64,000 bases of DNA from Candidatus Wildermuthbacteria bacterium (GCA_016203455.1 JACQMR010000014.1:6138-70137), one strand, 5' to 3'. Shown: positions 1-9,266, numbered from the stretch's first letter. Translations and numbers: made by a program. The notes: a model not told the origin generated them from the letters alone.

Positions 1-1848
1 GAGGAAAAAGAGGAGCAGGAAAAAGCGACCATCTGGATCAGCGGTATTGATCGTCTCCACCGGGCCCGGGGACTGCTTCGCACATACGATCTCACCGCTA
101 CGCCATTCAAGCCGACTGGTAGTAATAATCAGGGCGAGCAGTTGTTTGGTTGGATCGTGAGCGACTTCGGCTTGAACGATGCTATTGAGAGCGGTCTGGT
201 AAAAACGCCGAAGGTGGCGGTACGCGATGACGCATCCATAGGGGATGATTTTAAATCAAAGCTTTTCCATATTTACCCTGAAATCAAAGACGATGTGAAT
301 CGCAATGTTGATCCACAGGAAGGACTGCCGGACTTACTCACCCAGGCAATCGATATTCTTGGTGCCGACTGGCTGAAGGAAAAAGAAGACTGGTTGAAAT
401 TGCGCCCGACGATAAAGACGCCACCGGTAATGATTATGATCTGTAACAAGACCAACACAGCGGCCAGAATAGAATACGCTATCAAGAACGGCCATGTCAT
501 TACACGCGAGTTGAGCGATAAAGAGGGTTTGCTTCGCATTGATCAGGACGCACTTGATAAAGTTGAGTCAGACGAAGCTGGAGAAATGACTAAAAATAAA
601 CGCGAGCTTGCCGAATCCATTCGTGAAAAGGTAAACACTGTTGGCAAAGAAGGAAAGCCCGGAGAAAAGGTTCAGTGTGTTATCGGTGTGAACATGCTCT
701 CCGAAGGTTGGGACGCGCAGACTGTTACCCACATTCTCGGTATCCGTGCATTTACCAGCCAGCTCTTATGTGAGCAGGTTGTTGGTCGTGGGCTCCGCAG
801 AATTTCCTACGATAATCTTTCCGAGCCGGAATACGTCACCGTGTTCGGTGTACCTTTTACCTATCTGCCGGTTGAAGAGAAACCGGGACCGCCACGACCG
901 CCGGTTGCTAAAACAAAAATTGAACCGATTCAAGAAAGAAAGACTCTTGAGATTCGCTGGCCACATGTTTTGCGTGTGGATTATAAGCTCAATTATTTTC
1001 TAGAGCTGGACTGGGACAAGCTTACTCCCCTCGAGCTGTCAGCGGAAGAAACGAGAACAGTTGTTGAATTAGCCCCTGTCATTGATGGCAAGCCAGACCT
1101 ATCCCGGCTTACAGAAGTTGATTTAAGAAGTATTGGTAGCGAGAAACGATTCCAAACCGTTAAATTACAAGCGGCGGTTCGGTTGCGTGAACGGCTTGCC
1201 AAAAATTGGGATGGTGATCCGGCTAGTCATATCAGTCAGCTTCTACGGATGATTGAAGAATTTACTGACTCAAAGAAACTGGTTATCAAAGTGCCAAAAT
1301 TTGAACATACGGAACTACTTCGCCGGATTGTTGTTGCCCTTAATATCCAGCGTATTGTTGAGCATCTATCAGCTTTCATAAAAAGCTCAAGCTCGGAAGA
1401 TCCGGTCGCCATATTCGATTCTGTCCGTCCGGTGCGAAGTACGGCCACAGCTCCGGTATGGTATACGAGTAAGCCAACACAGCCGGTCGAAAAAAGTCAG
1501 ATCAGCCACATTGTGATCGACAGTAAATGGGAAGGCTCTGTCGCATTTGAGCTGGAACACGAGCGCATGCCGGGCCTTGTCTCGTGGGTGAAAAATGACC
1601 ACCTCGGCTTCGAGATTTATTATCTCTGGAAAGGTAAAGTACATACATACTATCCAGACTTTATTATCAAATTCGAGGACGACAGATACGTCATGCTCGA
1701 AGTAAAGGGACAGAAGACCGAGCAGGATGAAGCTAAATGGGCGGCCGCCAGGGAGTGGATTCGGGCAGTCAATCTTTCCGGTAACTTTGGCACATGGGAC
1801 TTCCGTGCGATCGAGAAACCAAAGGATTTGTTTGAGGTGGTTGGATAA
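1..1848 (+). CDS. Type III restriction enzyme Res subunit (SF2 helicase C-terminal part + PD-(D/E)xK nuclease), 5'-truncated by the window edge
   Basis: Frame 1 is open from base 1. Motifs DLTATPF, MLSEGWD and EQVVGRGLR; C-terminal YYPDFII...LEVKG nuclease motif. Confidence 0.85.
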   Translation, partial: EEKEEQEKATIWISGIDRLHRARGLLRTYDLTATPFKPTGSNNQGEQLFGWIVSDFGLNDAIESGLVKTPKVAVRDDASIGDDFKSKLFHIYPEIKDDVNRNVDPQEGLPDLLTQAIDILGADWLKEKEDWLKLRPTIKTPPVMIMICNKTNTAARIEYAIKNGHVITRELSDKEGLLRIDQDALDKVESDEAGEMTKNKRELAESIREKVNTVGKEGKPGEKVQCVIGVNMLSEGWDAQTVTHILGIRAFTSQLLCEQVVGRGLRRISYDNLSEPEYVTVFGVPFTYLPVEEKPGPPRPPVAKTKIEPIQERKTLEIRWPHVLRVDYKLNYFLELDWDKLTPLELSAEETRTVVELAPVIDGKPDLSRLTEVDLRSIGSEKRFQTVKLQAAVRLRERLAKNWDGDPASHISQLLRMIEEFTDSKKLVIKVPKFEHTELLRRIVVALNIQRIVEHLSAFIKSSSSEDPVAIFDSVRPVRSTATAPVWYTSKPTQPVEKSQISHIVIDSKWEGSVAFELEHERMPGLVSWVKNDHLGFEIYYLWKGKVHTYYPDFIIKFEDDRYVMLEVKGQKTEQDEAKWAAAREWIRAVNLSGNFGTWDFRAIEKPKDLFEVVG

Positions 1849-1855
1849 TAAAGAT

Positions 1856-2983
1856 ATGCAAAATAAAAAGAATGAGTATGTAATAAAGAGCACTTTTTAC
1901 GGCAAAAAGCTGAACGGCCTTAAGATTTATTATTTCGGCAATGAACAGCCGAAGATTTTACGAAAAGACGGCGGTGGATTTAATGGCGGCAAGCATATTC
2001 TTGAAGTCCTATCTCATAAACTTAAAAAGTTTGAATTCATAATCACAGGTGAAAAACGTAGTCAAATTAAGAAAATCGGCAAGAAGTATTTCGTATACTT
2101 TACTCTTACCGATATCAGATTGCTCAACAACTCAACTTTCCAGAAAAAACGAGAAGTCGGATTGAAGCTGACGAATAATTATCTGAGCTCGGTTTTCCCC
2201 AAGATTTTTACAACAAAAGAGAAGTTTTTTACTTACGAGCGAGGTATGATCGCCGAACTGCTAACTAAAGACTTTAATCCGGCCATACTTTCACGAGATG
2301 ATCTCAATGCACTGACTGCATTTCTCCCTAAGATTTATAGTCGTGCCAAGGGTAAAAATCTCGATGTCACCTCCGTTTATAAAAATAAGCAGAGTATACA
2401 GCTACTCTACCTGGAAAAGTTGATCAGCGACTTTGACGATAGAACCAAGAAAAAATATGGGGAGAGCAACTGGCAGGACTATTTTAGAAAGTACATCCTG
2501 CTTTTTCAGGACGGCTATATTAAAAAATTAGAGAAAATTAACATCGGGGTGGATATTCGTTTTCCGGATTTTTGCGTAATCACCACCGATGATTATCTTG
2601 ATGTCATCGAGATTAAAGTTCCGTCTGCCCGGTTGCTTCTGCAAGATAAGAGCCATAAAAACTATTATTGGAGTGGCGAAATATCCAAAGCGATATCGCA
2701 AACCGAAAAATATCTCGATTCAATAACCAAGAATGCTGATCAAATTCGCCGTGTGTTGGCCGATAAGCTTGGTATTAACCTACGGATCATCAAACCCCGC
2801 GGAATTATTATTGCCGGCACTACTGCCGAATTTGAAAAGAACAAAGAAAAAGCGGATGACTTTCGTTTACTTAACGAGGGGTTAAAAAATATAACTGTAA
2901 TACCATACGACGAAATGTCCCGGCGCGTACGTAATACAATTCATGTTATACGTGACCTTAAAAATATTAAAAAGAAAAAATAA
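1856..2983 (+). CDS. Shedu (SduA, DUF4263) anti-phage nuclease
   Basis: C-terminal WQDYF...FPDF...DVIEIKVP...YYWSGEISKAISQ...KPRGIIIAG...IPYDE matches the DUF4263 pattern. ATG at 1856; AT-rich. Confidence 0.8.
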   Translation: MQNKKNEYVIKSTFYGKKLNGLKIYYFGNEQPKILRKDGGGFNGGKHILEVLSHKLKKFEFIITGEKRSQIKKIGKKYFVYFTLTDIRLLNNSTFQKKREVGLKLTNNYLSSVFPKIFTTKEKFFTYERGMIAELLTKDFNPAILSRDDLNALTAFLPKIYSRAKGKNLDVTSVYKNKQSIQLLYLEKLISDFDDRTKKKYGESNWQDYFRKYILLFQDGYIKKLEKINIGVDIRFPDFCVITTDDYLDVIEIKVPSARLLLQDKSHKNYYWSGEISKAISQTEKYLDSITKNADQIRRVLADKLGINLRIIKPRGIIIAGTTAEFEKNKEKADDFRLLNEGLKNITVIPYDEMSRRVRNTIHVIRDLKNIKKKK

Positions 2984-3000
2984 ACTTAAAATATAATAAT

Positions 3001-3312
3001 ATGACAAATCTAAAACAACATTTGATTGACGAAATTGTGGGCGAGATTACCGTCAAGGACCGGGAAATTCAGGAGTCTGATCAGGAGATCACAATCCTCG
3101 GTGCAAAGCTCAAGGTTGAGAATAAAACCCTGGGCATGCAGGACTTAAAAGAGCACCTAAAAGAAGACTTTAAGTATTCGGCTCAAGCACTTGAGGGTAT
3201 ACTCGCCCAGGAACAGCAGAGAAACGCTGAGCTTAAGAAAGACCTGGAAATGCTCAAGTATCGCAAAGCAGTGATCGAAAGCCAGTTTTCCGATAACGAA
3301 TTAGATCATTAA
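3001..3312 (+). CDS. Hypothetical coiled-coil protein
   Basis: 103-aa ORF packed tightly between its neighbours; heptad-like charged sequence. Confidence 0.6.
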   Translation: MTNLKQHLIDEIVGEITVKDREIQESDQEITILGAKLKVENKTLGMQDLKEHLKEDFKYSAQALEGILAQEQQRNAELKKDLEMLKYRKAVIESQFSDNELDH

Positions 3313-3315
3313 TTT

Positions 3316-4323
3316 ATGAGTAATACTTTTAAATTGATCATCGCTATCGTAGTTTCCGAGCTAGCCGGTATTATCGGCTCGGTGTTTACGACTCCGTCCA
3401 TTGCTGGCTGGTACGTAGGAATCGTGAAGCCGGCTCTCAATCCTCCGGCATGGGTATTCGGACCCGTCTGGACAACACTCTTTGCGCTTATGGGTATCGC
3501 GGCATACCTTGTTTGGAAAAAGGGACTAGATCGCAGGGATGTAAAAATCGCCCTCGGTATATTCCTCGGTCAGCTCGTCTTAAACACGTTCTGGTCGATT
3601 ATCTTTTTCGGTCTGCACAGTCCCGGTGGTGCGCTTATTGAGATCGTATTCCTCTGGCTTGCTATTCTTGCCACGATCATCGTTTTTGCGAAAATCTCCA
3701 AACCGGCTGCTTGGCTTCTCGTGCCATATATTCTCTGGGTCAGTTTTGCTGGATATCTGAATTATTCGATTTGGCAATTAAACACTTCGGATTCCAATCA
3801 GGTCGCTTGCACTCAGGAAGCCAAACAATGCCCGGATGGTTCATACGTCGGCCGCACCGGACCCAAGTGCGAGTTCACCGCATGTCCGGGTGGAAATAAT
3901 GACTTTTGGAAAACCATGACGGACAGCAAAACCGGCATGACGTTCCAGTATCCGGAAACTTTGCTCACTACCTACATCCATACGCAGGACTGGCCACCAC
4001 AAATTCAGGTTCTGAACGAACCATATACTTGTACTGAAGCTGGATCAGAAACCGCTCGGGCCGGTAAGACAGAAAAGCGTTTGGTTGATAATCGTGAGTA
4101 TTGTCGCACAAGCATTGTGGAAGGCGCGGCCGGCAGTATTTATACGCAATACGCCTACGCGTTTCCGAAAGACAATAAGACTATTATTTTCACCTTTACC
4201 ACTCGCGCTACACAATGCGGCAATTATGACGAAGCCGATCGTAAAGCGTGCGAGGGCGAACGCGAGACATTTGATCTTGATAGTGTTGTAGATCGCATGG
4301 CGCGAAGCATAAAACAGCAATAA
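3316..4323 (+). CDS. TspO/MBR tryptophan-rich sensory protein fused to a Cys-rich extracytoplasmic domain
   Basis: N-terminal WY...KPALNPPAWVFGPVWTTL...PYILWVSFA TspO motifs, followed by CTQEAKQCPDGSYVGRTGPKCEF and a soluble domain. Confidence 0.8.
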   Translation: MSNTFKLIIAIVVSELAGIIGSVFTTPSIAGWYVGIVKPALNPPAWVFGPVWTTLFALMGIAAYLVWKKGLDRRDVKIALGIFLGQLVLNTFWSIIFFGLHSPGGALIEIVFLWLAILATIIVFAKISKPAAWLLVPYILWVSFAGYLNYSIWQLNTSDSNQVACTQEAKQCPDGSYVGRTGPKCEFTACPGGNNDFWKTMTDSKTGMTFQYPETLLTTYIHTQDWPPQIQVLNEPYTCTEAGSETARAGKTEKRLVDNREYCRTSIVEGAAGSIYTQYAYAFPKDNKTIIFTFTTRATQCGNYDEADRKACEGERETFDLDSVVDRMARSIKQQ

Positions 4324-4484
4324 TGAGAAAGAAGCGGAATCCAAAATTTAAGGTTGAGGTGATTTATAAAGATGTCCCGGACAAGAAGGACAGGGTACGT
4401 CAGCTCTGGGATTTGATGGTTGCCTTACCTGATCCGGAGAAAGCAAATAATAAAAGCCATGATTCCATCAAAAAAGAAAATTGA
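4323..4484 (+). CDS. Small hypothetical protein (MRKKRNPKFKVEVIYKDVPDKKDRVRQLWDLM...)
   Basis: ATG overlaps the upstream stop (TAATG). About 53 aa, below the ORF-track cutoff; translated by hand. Confidence 0.4.
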   Translation: MRKKRNPKFKVEVIYKDVPDKKDRVRQLWDLMVALPDPEKANNKSHDSIKKEN

Positions 4485-4704
4485 TGAGCTAAAAGAATTG
4501 GTTAAGCGAGAATTCGGTGTTGAGTGGACTGATCGTGATGCCTCGGACGCCGCCTATAATCTCGTTAATTATTATGATGCCCTTATGCGTTTCGCAGGGG
4601 AGGATATCCAGAAGTATATCGACACCGGTGGTGAACCGAGTTTCGCAGGACCGGACTATGATAAGTGGCTTTCTGAGCAAGCGGAAATCGTCAAAAAGAT
4701 TTAG
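4459..4704 (+). CDS. Small hypothetical protein
   Basis: In-frame ATG at 4459 within ORF 4420..4704 (MIPSKKKIDELKELVKREFG...). Confidence 0.55.
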   Translation: MIPSKKKIDELKELVKREFGVEWTDRDASDAAYNLVNYYDALMRFAGEDIQKYIDTGGEPSFAGPDYDKWLSEQAEIVKKI

Positions 4705-5106
4705 GCGGATAGAAACTCTAAATCCAAAAAACCGAAAGATTAGAATTGTTAAGCAATTATGACTCGATATAATTTGCTTAATTTTTGAGAAGTTAAGCAA
4801 ATCGTCCCACGCTTTCAAAATTCGTTTTACGGCTCGACTGGTTCGCAATTGGTGGCAAACTCTTACTCTCGGCACAAAGCTCGCCACAAGGGCACACGGT
4901 GGGCAAGAATTGGTTACTTACCGGCATTGAGGAAGTCATAGTTGTAAAACTTCGCAACTTTCTTGATATTGTTCATGTTTTCGCGTACCGTGATCATATA
5001 CTGCTTGTCCTCGAGTACGGTTATGAGACCGGACAAGCCGCGACCCCAATCAGAGACCGAGCAAGGCGGAAAATTTCATTGCCCCTGGGCCAAAGCGTTG
5101 CCGGCG

Positions 5107-5115
5107 TGTTATAAT
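5107..5115 (+). promoter_or_regulatory. Extended -10 promoter element (TGTTATAAT)
   Basis: Perfect TGnTATAAT just upstream of the ATG at 5122. Confidence 0.5.
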
Positions 5116-5121
5116 GAAACC

Positions 5122-5661
5122 ATGGAAGACATGGAGAGTTTTATTACCATAGCTGAAGCATCGCGGGAATTTTCAAAGACCGACGGGTTGATTATGCGCC
5201 TGGTAAAAGACGCGCTTTCTCAAGGCGCGCAAGAGCAAGATGTGTGCAAAAAAGAGATGAGAGGGGGAAGAATGATGTTTTTGGTGAACAAATCGTTTAT
5301 TTCAGAGCTGATTTCAGGAGATGAGACGCGGATGCGAGAACCGCGCGAAGAACAGCGGGTTTTTGGTTCTGTGGCGCGCGCGGAACAAGGCGCGCCCGCG
5401 GAAGAGCCGGCATACGCAATTTCCGATCTCATTCAGGCGAAAAACGAGATGATCTCCACTCTTCAAAAAGTGGTTGATGTGAAAGACGGCCAGATTCAGG
5501 ACTTGAGCCGGAAAATAGACCAGCTCATTGAGCGGGATCACGAAACGAACATTCTTTTAAAAGGATTGCAGGATAAGATTTTGCTTTTAGAGCAAAATCC
5601 CGAAGGTCAGCGGGCGCAAGACGCCACGAAGAGAGAGGATGCTGTGAAAGAGAAGAAATGA
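5122..5661 (+). CDS. Hypothetical protein with N-terminal HTH-like segment and C-terminal coiled coil
   Basis: FITIAEASREFSKT resembles an excisionase/MerR-type HTH start; long coiled-coil tail. Confidence 0.6.
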   Translation: MEDMESFITIAEASREFSKTDGLIMRLVKDALSQGAQEQDVCKKEMRGGRMMFLVNKSFISELISGDETRMREPREEQRVFGSVARAEQGAPAEEPAYAISDLIQAKNEMISTLQKVVDVKDGQIQDLSRKIDQLIERDHETNILLKGLQDKILLLEQNPEGQRAQDATKREDAVKEKK

Positions 5662-5933
5662 TGGAGAAATTGCGCTGGTTCTTTGGGGAATTTCATTCAG
5701 GAGCGGTTAATCAGATAGCGCATTTTATAGGGTTTTTGTTGCTTGGTTTTGGCTTGGGAGCGGGGAGATGGGAGTTTGTGGGCGTTTCGGGGGTTTTTAT
5801 GATGGCCGGAAATCTCTATAATTATGCTCGCGGGAGATACAGAAAAGAGTTCTGGGAAACTTTGCCTTTGCAGATAGTGAGTTGGGCTGCGTGCGTGGCC
5901 GGGGCTTTCTTTGCGGCGAATGCGTTGAAATGA
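5658..5933 (+). CDS. Small membrane protein (possibly Mpo1/DUF962-like)
   Basis: Hydrophobic helices with an H...N...H motif; ATGA overlap with the upstream gene. Confidence 0.55.
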   Translation: MMEKLRWFFGEFHSGAVNQIAHFIGFLLLGFGLGAGRWEFVGVSGVFMMAGNLYNYARGRYRKEFWETLPLQIVSWAACVAGAFFAANALK

Positions 5934-5963
5934 ATATTGTAGAGCCGCGGGTTTGTATCAACA

Positions 5964-5992
5964 ATAAAACCCCTCTAAAAGAGGGGTTTTAT
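5964..5992. terminator. Bidirectional intrinsic terminator
   Basis: ATAAAACCCCTC-taaaa-GAGGGGTTTTAT perfect inverted repeat between convergent ORFs. Confidence 0.7.
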
Positions 5993-6027
5993 GTCGCCCG
6001 GGGATGGGGCGCAAGTTCGGATGTAAA

Positions 6028-6174
6028 TTACTTCCAGTCGGTTGTTTCGTCTCCTTCTTCCTGTTCCTCCCCCGCCTCGGCCTCTTCGGTCTCCTCGTCT
6101 TCTTCCGCGGGCATTCCGGTTTCATCCTCGCCTTCAAAGGCGAACGCTCCCATGTGTTCTTTCTCTGGCATCAT
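6028..6174 (-). CDS. Small, extremely acidic protein (48 aa)
   Basis: MMPEKEHMGAFAFEGEDETGMPAEEDEETEEAEAGEEQEEGDETTDWK, followed by the terminator. Confidence 0.5.
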   Translation of the reverse strand: MMPEKEHMGAFAFEGEDETGMPAEEDEETEEAEAGEEQEEGDETTDWK

Positions 6175-6445
6175 AAAAAATAATGGATAAGTTTTTCTCG
6201 CGACCTTTTGGCGTATTCCTGTTTTCAGCGTAATACAAAAGCCATTATTGGAAATACAGAGAAACTTGTCAATACGGGCAAGGCATGTTTTTCCACAGGG
6301 TAGCAGAATTGATTTTGGCAATGCGGTATCCGGCAGTTTAGAGCCAAGTCCCGCAGTATGCTTCGCGCCCTGCTTTTGGGTACAATTGGCATTGCCGTAT
6401 CCCTTGTTTTGTGATATTCTATATGTCATGGCGGACTTCGCAAGA

Positions 6446-6519
6446 GTCCCTGTAGCTCAATTGGATTGAGCAGTTCCGTCCTAAGGAAAAGATTGGAGGT
6501 TCGAGTCCTCCCAGGGACA
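6446..6519 (+). tRNA. tRNA-Arg(CCT)
   Basis: GTCCCTG/CAGGGAC acceptor stem, GGTTCGAGTCC T-arm, anticodon CCT. Confidence 0.9.
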
Positions 6520-6520
6520 C

Positions 6521-6592
6521 GGGCCTGTAGCTCAACGGCAGAGCACCTGGCTGGCAGTCAGGGGGTTGTGGGTTCAAATCCCATCGGGTCCA
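6521..6592 (+). tRNA. tRNA-Ala(GGC)
   Basis: GGGCCTG acceptor with G3:U70; anticodon arm CCTGG-CTGGCAG-TCAGG. Confidence 0.92.
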
Positions 6593-6601
6593 CCGCGTCG
6601 T

Positions 6602-6688
6602 GGAGGCGTGCGAGAGCGGTTGAATCGGACAGTTTCGAAAACTGTTATGGCCGTAAGGCCATCGAAGGTTCGAATCCTTCCGCCTCCG
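6602..6688 (+). tRNA. tRNA-Ser(CGA)
   Basis: GGAGGCG/CGCCTCC acceptor, ACAGT-TTCGAAA-ACTGT anticodon arm, long variable arm. Confidence 0.95.
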
Positions 6689-6689
6689 C

Positions 6690-6953
6690 CTTCGGTCCGC
6701 CGAAGCGGACCTACGGCGTGACGCAGTCCGCCAGTAGGTGTGCGAAGGCGACCTTCGCCACGCTGAAGCGTGGCTACGGCGTGACGCAGTCCGCAGTAGA
6801 TACGCGAAAGCGGGCTTCGGTCCGCCGAAGCGGACCTACGGCCTGGCTACGCCAAATGGCTATGCCATGGCGAGCGTGACAAAGTCCGCCAGTAGGTGTG
6901 CGAAGGCGACCTTCGCCACGCTGAAAACTACACCGCGCTGAAAGCGGCTTCGC
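6690..6953 (+). repeat. tRNA-Ser-associated modular hairpin repeat array (locus A)
   Basis: Units start with CTTCG at 6690, 6753, 6815 and 6911. The modules are shared with 42315-42555, 43365-43408 and 46532-46744. Confidence 0.9.
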
Positions 6954-6965
6954 AATCATAGTATT

Positions 6966-7337
6966 ATGCTATCTATGTTTTCAAGAAATAAAGAGAACGC
7001 GGAGCTTTTGCCAAAAGAGCTTGAAAAGAGAGTAAAAGCTCTGGAGGGGCGCGCCGAAAAACTTGTTCAGGATATGCGCGTTCTTGAGGATGAGTTTAAA
7101 AGCGCGGTAACGAAGATCGGGATTGTGCGCTTCAATCCTTTTCGCGAGGCCGGAGGAGATCAAAGCTTTTCCGTGGCGTTTTTAAACAAAGAACACAGCG
7201 GCGTGGTGGTAACCTCGCATTACGGCAAGGATATCAACAGGATTTACGCCAAAGAAGTTCAAACCGGCGCGTCTCCCTATGCTTTGTCCGAGGAAGAGAA
7301 AGAAGCCATTGAGAAGGCGATAGCGCGCGCAACATAA
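6966..7337 (+). CDS. DUF4446 family protein
   Basis: KIGIVRFNPF...GGDQSFSVA...RIYAK...LSEEEKEA motif. Confidence 0.8.
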   Translation: MLSMFSRNKENAELLPKELEKRVKALEGRAEKLVQDMRVLEDEFKSAVTKIGIVRFNPFREAGGDQSFSVAFLNKEHSGVVVTSHYGKDINRIYAKEVQTGASPYALSEEEKEAIEKAIARAT

Positions 7338-7361
7338 CAGATAACCGATAACAAAAGACCC

Positions 7362-8831
7362 ATGGCAACAAGACCTCCTATTGTAGTTATGCTGGGACAT
7401 GTGGATCATGGGAAGTCCTCTTTGCTTGAGGCGATTAAAGAAGAGTTTCGCATTACGGCAAAAGAGGCGGGAGGCATAACCCAGCGCATTGGCGCCTATG
7501 TCGCGGAAATCGGCGGGAAATCCATAACATTTTTGGATACGCCGGGACACGAGGCGTTTTCCGCAATGAGATCTCGCGGAGCAAAAGCCGCGGATATAGG
7601 GGTTCTGGTGGTCGCCGCGGACGACGGGGTTCAGACGCAGACCAAAGAGGCCATTCGTCAGGCAAAGGAAGCGCGCATTCCCTTGGTGGTCGCCATTAAT
7701 AAAGCAGATAAACCCGGGGCGGAGCCAGAGAAAATAAAACAGCAGTTGGCCCAAGAGGAAGTGCTGGTGGAGGCCTTTGGAGGGCAGACGCCGTGCGTGC
7801 TGACCTCCGCGGTTTCAAAGCAAGGCATTCAGGAGCTTTTGGAAATGATTTTGTTGATTGCTGAAGTTGAAGACCTTTCCGCCGATGCAAGCGCGCCTGC
7901 CCGCGGACTGGTTATTGAGGCCTTCCTGGATCAAAAAAGAGGTCCCGCGGCCTCCCTTTTGGTGTTAGACGGCACATTGCGCGCGGGAGATATTGTGGGC
8001 ACTCAAACGGCATGGGGCAAGGTAAAGATTTTGGAGGATTCCCGGGGTATTTCCGCGGAGAGCGCGCTCCCCTCTTTTCCCTGTCTTGTTGTGGGGCTTC
8101 AGGGAGTTCCCGGGGTGGGAGAAGAGTTTCATGTTTTTTCGCGCGAAGAAGATGCGGTAAAAAATATTGTTCCTGTTGTGGCGCAAGAGTTTCACAGGCA
8201 CAAGGCGGCGGAGGGCGTTCCCACTCTTGATATTATCTTGAAGGCGGATGTTCAGGGTTCTTTAGAAGTGGTGAAAAGCGTATTATTGAAGATTCCGCAA
8301 GAAAAGATTGCTTTGCGCTTCGTGAATGAAAGTGTTGGAGAGATTGGAGAGAGTGATGTGAGGACGGCGGCAGGCACCAAGGCCAGGATTATAGCGTTTC
8401 GCGCCAAGTCGCAGGCCGGCATGGCGGATTTGGCGGAACGAGAAGGAGTGGTTATAGAGACATTTGAAGTGATTTACGATCTTATTCAGCGCGTGCGCGA
8501 CCTTATGGAAAAAGGCATGGCCGCCGAGACGGTAAAAAGGGAGCTTGGGTCTCTAAAAGTATTGGCCGTATTTCTCGCGGATAAAAACAGGCAGATTGTC
8601 GGGGGGAGAGTGGGGTCCGGAGAGATTTTGAAAGGCAGTAAACTTGAGGTTACGCGAGGAGAACAGGTGGTGGGCCAGGGGAAGGTGGTAAACCTGCAAA
8701 AGCAGAAAAAGGACGCGGGCAAGGCAATCGCGGGTGAAGAATGCGGCATACTGTACGAGGGGCCAGAGAAGATTCAGCAGGGGGATATATTAAGGGCTTT
8801 TGTTATAGAAACTCAATTAGCGGTATTGTGA
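7362..8831 (+). CDS. infB: Translation initiation factor IF-2
   Basis: RPPIVVMLGHVDHGKSSLL, DTPGHEAF, NKAD and KADVQGS motifs. Confidence 0.97.
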   Translation: MATRPPIVVMLGHVDHGKSSLLEAIKEEFRITAKEAGGITQRIGAYVAEIGGKSITFLDTPGHEAFSAMRSRGAKAADIGVLVVAADDGVQTQTKEAIRQAKEARIPLVVAINKADKPGAEPEKIKQQLAQEEVLVEAFGGQTPCVLTSAVSKQGIQELLEMILLIAEVEDLSADASAPARGLVIEAFLDQKRGPAASLLVLDGTLRAGDIVGTQTAWGKVKILEDSRGISAESALPSFPCLVVGLQGVPGVGEEFHVFSREEDAVKNIVPVVAQEFHRHKAAEGVPTLDIILKADVQGSLEVVKSVLLKIPQEKIALRFVNESVGEIGESDVRTAAGTKARIIAFRAKSQAGMADLAEREGVVIETFEVIYDLIQRVRDLMEKGMAAETVKRELGSLKVLAVFLADKNRQIVGGRVGSGEILKGSKLEVTRGEQVVGQGKVVNLQKQKKDAGKAIAGEECGILYEGPEKIQQGDILRAFVIETQLAVL

Positions 8832-9169
8832 CCGAACGCGTTCCACAAGTAAATGAGTTATTGCGGAAAGAAATCGGGGCAATCCTCTTGAGGGAGTTGG
8901 ATGTGGAAGACGGCGTATTGGCAACTCTTACCAGAGTTGAGGCAACTCCTAATTTGCAGTCAGCCCGGGTTTATATTAGTGTGATGCCAGAAGAAAAAGG
9001 GCTGGATTTCGTGAAGTCATTGAAGTATCAGGTGTATCAGGTTCAGCAGGAATTAAACAGGCGTTTGAAGATGCGCCCTGTTCCCAAGATAGAATGGCGT
9101 TTGGAAACAAAAACCGCTGAAGCGCACAAGATAGAGAAATTGCTGGATAGCATAAAAAAGGAAGGGTAA
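8828..9169 (+). CDS. rbfA: Ribosome-binding factor A
   Basis: GTG start overlapping the infB stop; ERVPQVNELLRKEI...MRPVPKI; conserved position after infB. Confidence 0.9.
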   Translation: MTERVPQVNELLRKEIGAILLRELDVEDGVLATLTRVEATPNLQSARVYISVMPEEKGLDFVKSLKYQVYQVQQELNRRLKMRPVPKIEWRLETKTAEAHKIEKLLDSIKKEG

Positions 9170-9170
9170 T

Positions 9171-9242
9171 GGCCGAGTAGCCAAGTGGTAAGGCAAGGGT
9201 CTGCAAAACCCTTATACATGGGTTCAATTCCCATCTCGGCCT
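9171..9242 (+). tRNA. tRNA-Cys(GCA)
   Basis: GGCCGAG/CTCGGCC acceptor, anticodon GCA, U discriminator. Confidence 0.95.
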
Positions 9243-9266
9243 CACGAGATGCGCAGGAAAGCGAAT

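Noticed and set aside
6690-6953. CRISPR array interpretation of the tRNA-Ser repeats
   Set aside because: There are no unique spacers (the intervening segments are themselves repeated hairpins), unit lengths are irregular, and no cas genes are present.
6466-6959. ORFs spanning the tRNAs and repeat array (also 42096-42362 and 46534-46731)
   Set aside because: They overlap tRNA genes and merely translate the repeats.
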